DNA of 64,000 nt, from positions 25,358,001 to 25,422,000 of the forward strand of contig CM022665.1 of NCBI GenBank assembly GCA_012295275.1. The letters run 5' to 3'. Numbering within the stretch: the first letter of the stretch is position 1; each line of letters starts with the position of its first letter. A model generated the notes under the pieces. That model was not told the DNA's origin. It made no database searches and saw nothing but the letters and a program-made list of their open reading frames with translations. The position numbers and the translations under genes are program-made. This document shows positions 60,301 through 64,000 of the stretch, piece after piece. The DNA is from Chrysomallon squamiferum (Eukaryota > Animalia > Mollusca).

Positions 60301-63300
60301 ATCAGACAAGGATAGGCCTATCACTGTATGATGTTGCCGGTCAAGGATATTTAAAAGAATGTGTAAGTTATTTTTAAATATTTCATTAAAATACTGAACT
60401 GATAAAAATATATGCAAATTTAGTTTAAAACAATACTTTCATTCTTTGGTAATTTAAAAAAAAAAAAAATGTATTAATCAAAAGTTTTAATAATAATTGT
60501 ATCATAATATTAAATGTTTTATTTATTTCAGAATGCAATTTCTTTACACTTCCTCAAACGGATGCATAAAAACAACATTTTTATAGTTTTGATATATATG
60601 TATATGTTCTTTGTTTCTGTTTTTCAGGATTTAGAAAATTATATCTTGGAGCTAATACCAACATTGCCACAAGTCAGTAACCTAACCTACTTATTTCTTT
60701 GTTAAGTTCCTTTTAAAGCAATTTTGATTTAAACTGTGAAAGGCCAAACTGTTCATCATCATTTAATGTTTGTGTGTGGAATAATACTTTAAAATTACAG
60801 ATTTATAGTTTTTATTTTGTTTAAAATTTATTAACCTTTTAAAACTAAAAAAAAGTAATAGCAATAATGAAATAATTCCATGATGTTCTTGTCATTTCAG
60901 CTTAATGGCTTAGAAAAGTCTTTCTATTCATTTTATGTTTGTACTGCTGTCCGCAAGTTCTTTTTCTTCTTGGATCCTCTGAGAACAGGGAAGATAAAAA
61001 TTCAAGACATTCTAGCTTGCAGTTTCCTGGATGACCTGCTGGAGGTAACTATAATATTAAATGACCTTAATATTTGTTTAAGAAATTTCTCATCTTGAAA
61101 AAAGAAAAGAAAAGAAAAACGACAGCATCTAATTTAAAATATTTTTTTCCACCATGTTTGGCTGTGAAAATATAATTCTATGAGTACTTCACTGAACGAT
61201 TATTATTATATAATTTTTCCTTTCCTTTTTACCTTAACAAATACAGAGCAAACGAGTTCATTATTGTGTCATTGTGTGTGTGAATTGTATGTTTTTAGGA
61301 GTAAAGAAATGTTGGAAATGTTTGAGATTGGAATGGTGTTTGCGTATAATGATTTTTGTAATGAAATGTTGAAAATATCTTGTAAGATAACCACAGATAA
61401 TCTTAGGTTCGGTATTGGCACTCTATCTCTTTGAATGTTTTTTATTTATTTGTCTACGGTTGTTTCAGCTGCGTGATGAAGAACTCTCAAAAGAAATGCA
61501 AGAGTCAAACTGGTTCTCAGCCCCCTCAGCTCTGAGAGTGTATGGTCAGTATCTGAATCTGGACAGAGATCGCAATGGTATGCTCAGCAAAGAAGAGTTG
61601 GCCAGGTATTAAAATAAATAATTTAATTGTCATTTAGAGAAGGAATCTTCATATATTAAATTTTATTGTTTCAAAAATGGCTAATTATAAATCAAAATCT
61701 TCTCATCATTAATGTGTGATAAAAACTGGAATAATTTTCAGAATGAAATAAAATAGGTTTTAAAAAATATTGCATTAATTATAATCTTTATTACTATCTT
61801 AATGCATTATAACAAAAATTATTTAAATTTTTCAGTGTTACATTTTTTTTTTTTTTTTTTTCAAAAAGTAAAAGTGCTACTATTAAATATTTCAATGCAT
61901 TCTTTTTTTATTTTTTTTTGAAATTAACTGACTTTCCATGTTCTGTATTATGAAATGAGAAAGCTGCTACAGTTGACAGAATTATAAAGATATTTATTTT
62001 TGGCTGTGTTTAGATATGGGACAAGTACACTGACTGATGTTTTCTTGGATCGAGTTTTTCAGGAATGTCTGACATATGAAGGAGAAATGGTAGGATATTA
62101 TTTAATATATTTCTAAATTAACTATATCAAAAATAACTATAAATATTCAAATATTCAAATACTCACATTGTTCATACATTCAGTTCTTAATCTTTTACAA
62201 AACAATTTCATGCACTATAGCATCTTATTTGCAAAAAGGTCAAAATAACAATTGCTGTCATGAAGATATTCTCCAATTGTTTTTTATTTCAGGATTATAA
62301 AACATACCTTGACTTCATTCTGGCCATGGAAAATCGACGAGAGCCACAGGCACTTAGATACCTGTTCAGAATTCTAGATATAGAGCACAAAGGATACTTA
62401 AATGTATTTTCTCTGAACTTTTTCTTTAGAGTAAGTTTCCTTCTGTTTTTCTCTATAATATGTACTTGTGTGGAAAATTTTGCATTTAGCATCTCTCTAC
62501 ATTTCAATTCAGTTATTGAGAGATGATAGTGAACACATATATATGGTAATAATAAGATTTTCTTTCTTTTGATGTTATACCACTCAAGATTAAGTCTAAC
62601 ATAATTATTTTGTAATGTAAAAGTCTAAACCTCAGCTGTCATCCAAGCATGTCATTAGGATAACAACACTCCAACATTTTGTTTTTATAACTGACACTCA
62701 GATAATTGTTAATTTGGCTTGATATTGTTGATATTTTTGGGGGGAGAAATAGAGATGGATTTTTTTGGGGGGTGTTTTTCTTTTCTTTTTCTTTCTTTTT
62801 AAAAAAAATAAAAAATAACTTCCTATTTTCTTTTAATGTAATACTTCTAGGCAATCCAAGAACAGATGAAGCTACATGGGCAAGAACCAGTATCTTTTCA
62901 AGATGTCAAGGATGAAATATTTGACATGGTGAAACCAGAAGACCCATTTAAGTTGACACTGCAAGATTTAATTAATAGGTATGTAGAGATTCTGAAAACA
63001 AACCGGTTGAAATTGAAAACATTTTTTTTCATCCTTTATTTTATTGAACTAATTACTGCCATCCAAAATCATATCTGTAAAATTTCTTTTGAGAAATATT
63101 CATTTTTATTTCCTTTCACTGTGGAATCCATTCAATCCATTCATGAATAGAAATTTAAATGTTAAAATTTAGTCAGGATTATAATATTCACTTCAGCATT
63201 TAAAGGTCTGACAGTGGTTCCTATCTTTAGCAGCCCCAGGATGAGTGGCCACCTATGACATATGGACACTTTTCCGATTGTTTTTCAGTAGATATGACCC

Positions 63301-63917
63301 TTAGATTAGCAGAACCTGCCAAACACAGACAGCATATTTTTATTATTCCACTGCTAAAGTGGACAGTCATACTGATTTAGATTAGTTTTCTCCAAATTAA
63401 ATAATTTCATTGTGATTATGGCAGCCTTATACACTATTTTTAAAGATGGTGTCACCCATTTCCTGCACTGCACAATGCATGCAGGGATTGTTGTTTTTGC
63501 AGAATCACAAGTGCCAGCAAATGGCCAGAATCACAAGAGACAGTACTTAATGTGTGACTTCAATCCATAACTTTGATAATTCAATCATTTCATCATCATT
63601 CCATGCATATTTATGTTTTATAAACACAGTATCTTAGTGGAATTTTGACACCTGCAATGTAGGGACATTTTTGCTTGGCCTCACACATGTCCATACAAAA
63701 CTGGTATCACTGTATTTTTAATATTTCCTTTAGTTTATATTAAATGTTTCTATGCTAACTTAAAGCAGACAGTGATATTTTTTCTATATATTACTATTCT
63801 AATTTCAGTGGAAAAGGAGATACAGTTGTCAGTATTCTTATAGATCTGAATGACTTTTGGACATATGAAAACAGAGAGTATCTAGCTCCAGAAGTAACTG
63901 ATGAGGCAGAAATCTGA
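57356..63917 (+). CDS. PPP2R3C: Serine/threonine protein phosphatase 2A regulatory subunit B'' gamma (13 coding exons: 57356-57413, 58477-58589, 59124-59173, 59535-59589, 59811-59923, 60194-60362, 60628-60672, 60901-61044, 61469-61605, 62014-62089, 62293-62430, 62851-62978, 63809-63917)
   Basis: Spliced peptides match PPP2R3C as I recall it: LREESRALFLQRRSRELLDNDELQ, GRISIMQFFNYVMRKVWLHQTRIGLSLYDVAGQGYL, YVCTAVRKFFFFLDPLRTGKIKIQDILACSFLDDLLE, EF-hand LDRDRNGMLSKEEL and DLNDFWTYENRE. The stop is TGA at 63915-63917. The start may be ATG 57356 or 57368 (MEW, cf. human MDW). Confidence 0.95.
63212..63712. mobile_element. Degenerate Tc1/mariner(pogo)-type MITE in the last PPP2R3C intron
   Basis: A ~500-bp GC-richer block starting CAGTGGTTCC and ending GGTATCACTG followed by TA. 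Internal repeated motifs (GGCCACCT...GGACACTTTT and GACACCTG...GGGACATTTTT) are typical of such MITEs. The TIR match is only partial and the left TA is not intact. Confidence 0.4.
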
Positions 63918-64000
63918 AAATAGGAAAAGATTGGTTTTAAATTCAATTTAACACCTATAACAATGAACATAATATTTTAAAACTTACATTATTACATGAA

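Overview
AT-rich eukaryotic (animal) genomic DNA. It is probably lophotrochozoan or molluscan, inferred only from composition and repeat style. Two intron-rich genes lie on the + strand. (1) A complete cytoplasmic dynein-1 heavy chain gene (DYNC1H1 orthologue; ATG 8962 to TAG 55329; about 92 exons per transcript, all junctions I traced are GT-AG). (2) A complete PP2A regulatory subunit B'' gamma gene (PPP2R3C orthologue; about 57356-63917; 13 coding exons). Main observations: a pair of 196-nt tandem duplicated exons (38344-38539 and 38817-39012) that must be mutually exclusive and encode two different versions of the dynein microtubule-binding domain; three TGCATG motifs and a ~100-bp duplication in the long intron before them; a candidate in-frame 15-nt microexon (52411-52425) in the C-terminal region; and a ~2.9-kb fold-back, Sola2-like non-autonomous DNA transposon (49365-52251) that is palindromic along its whole length and sits in the same intron. 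The first ~8.7 kb is mostly low-complexity non-coding sequence. Most entries in the ORF track are exon fragments extended into introns, or spurious.
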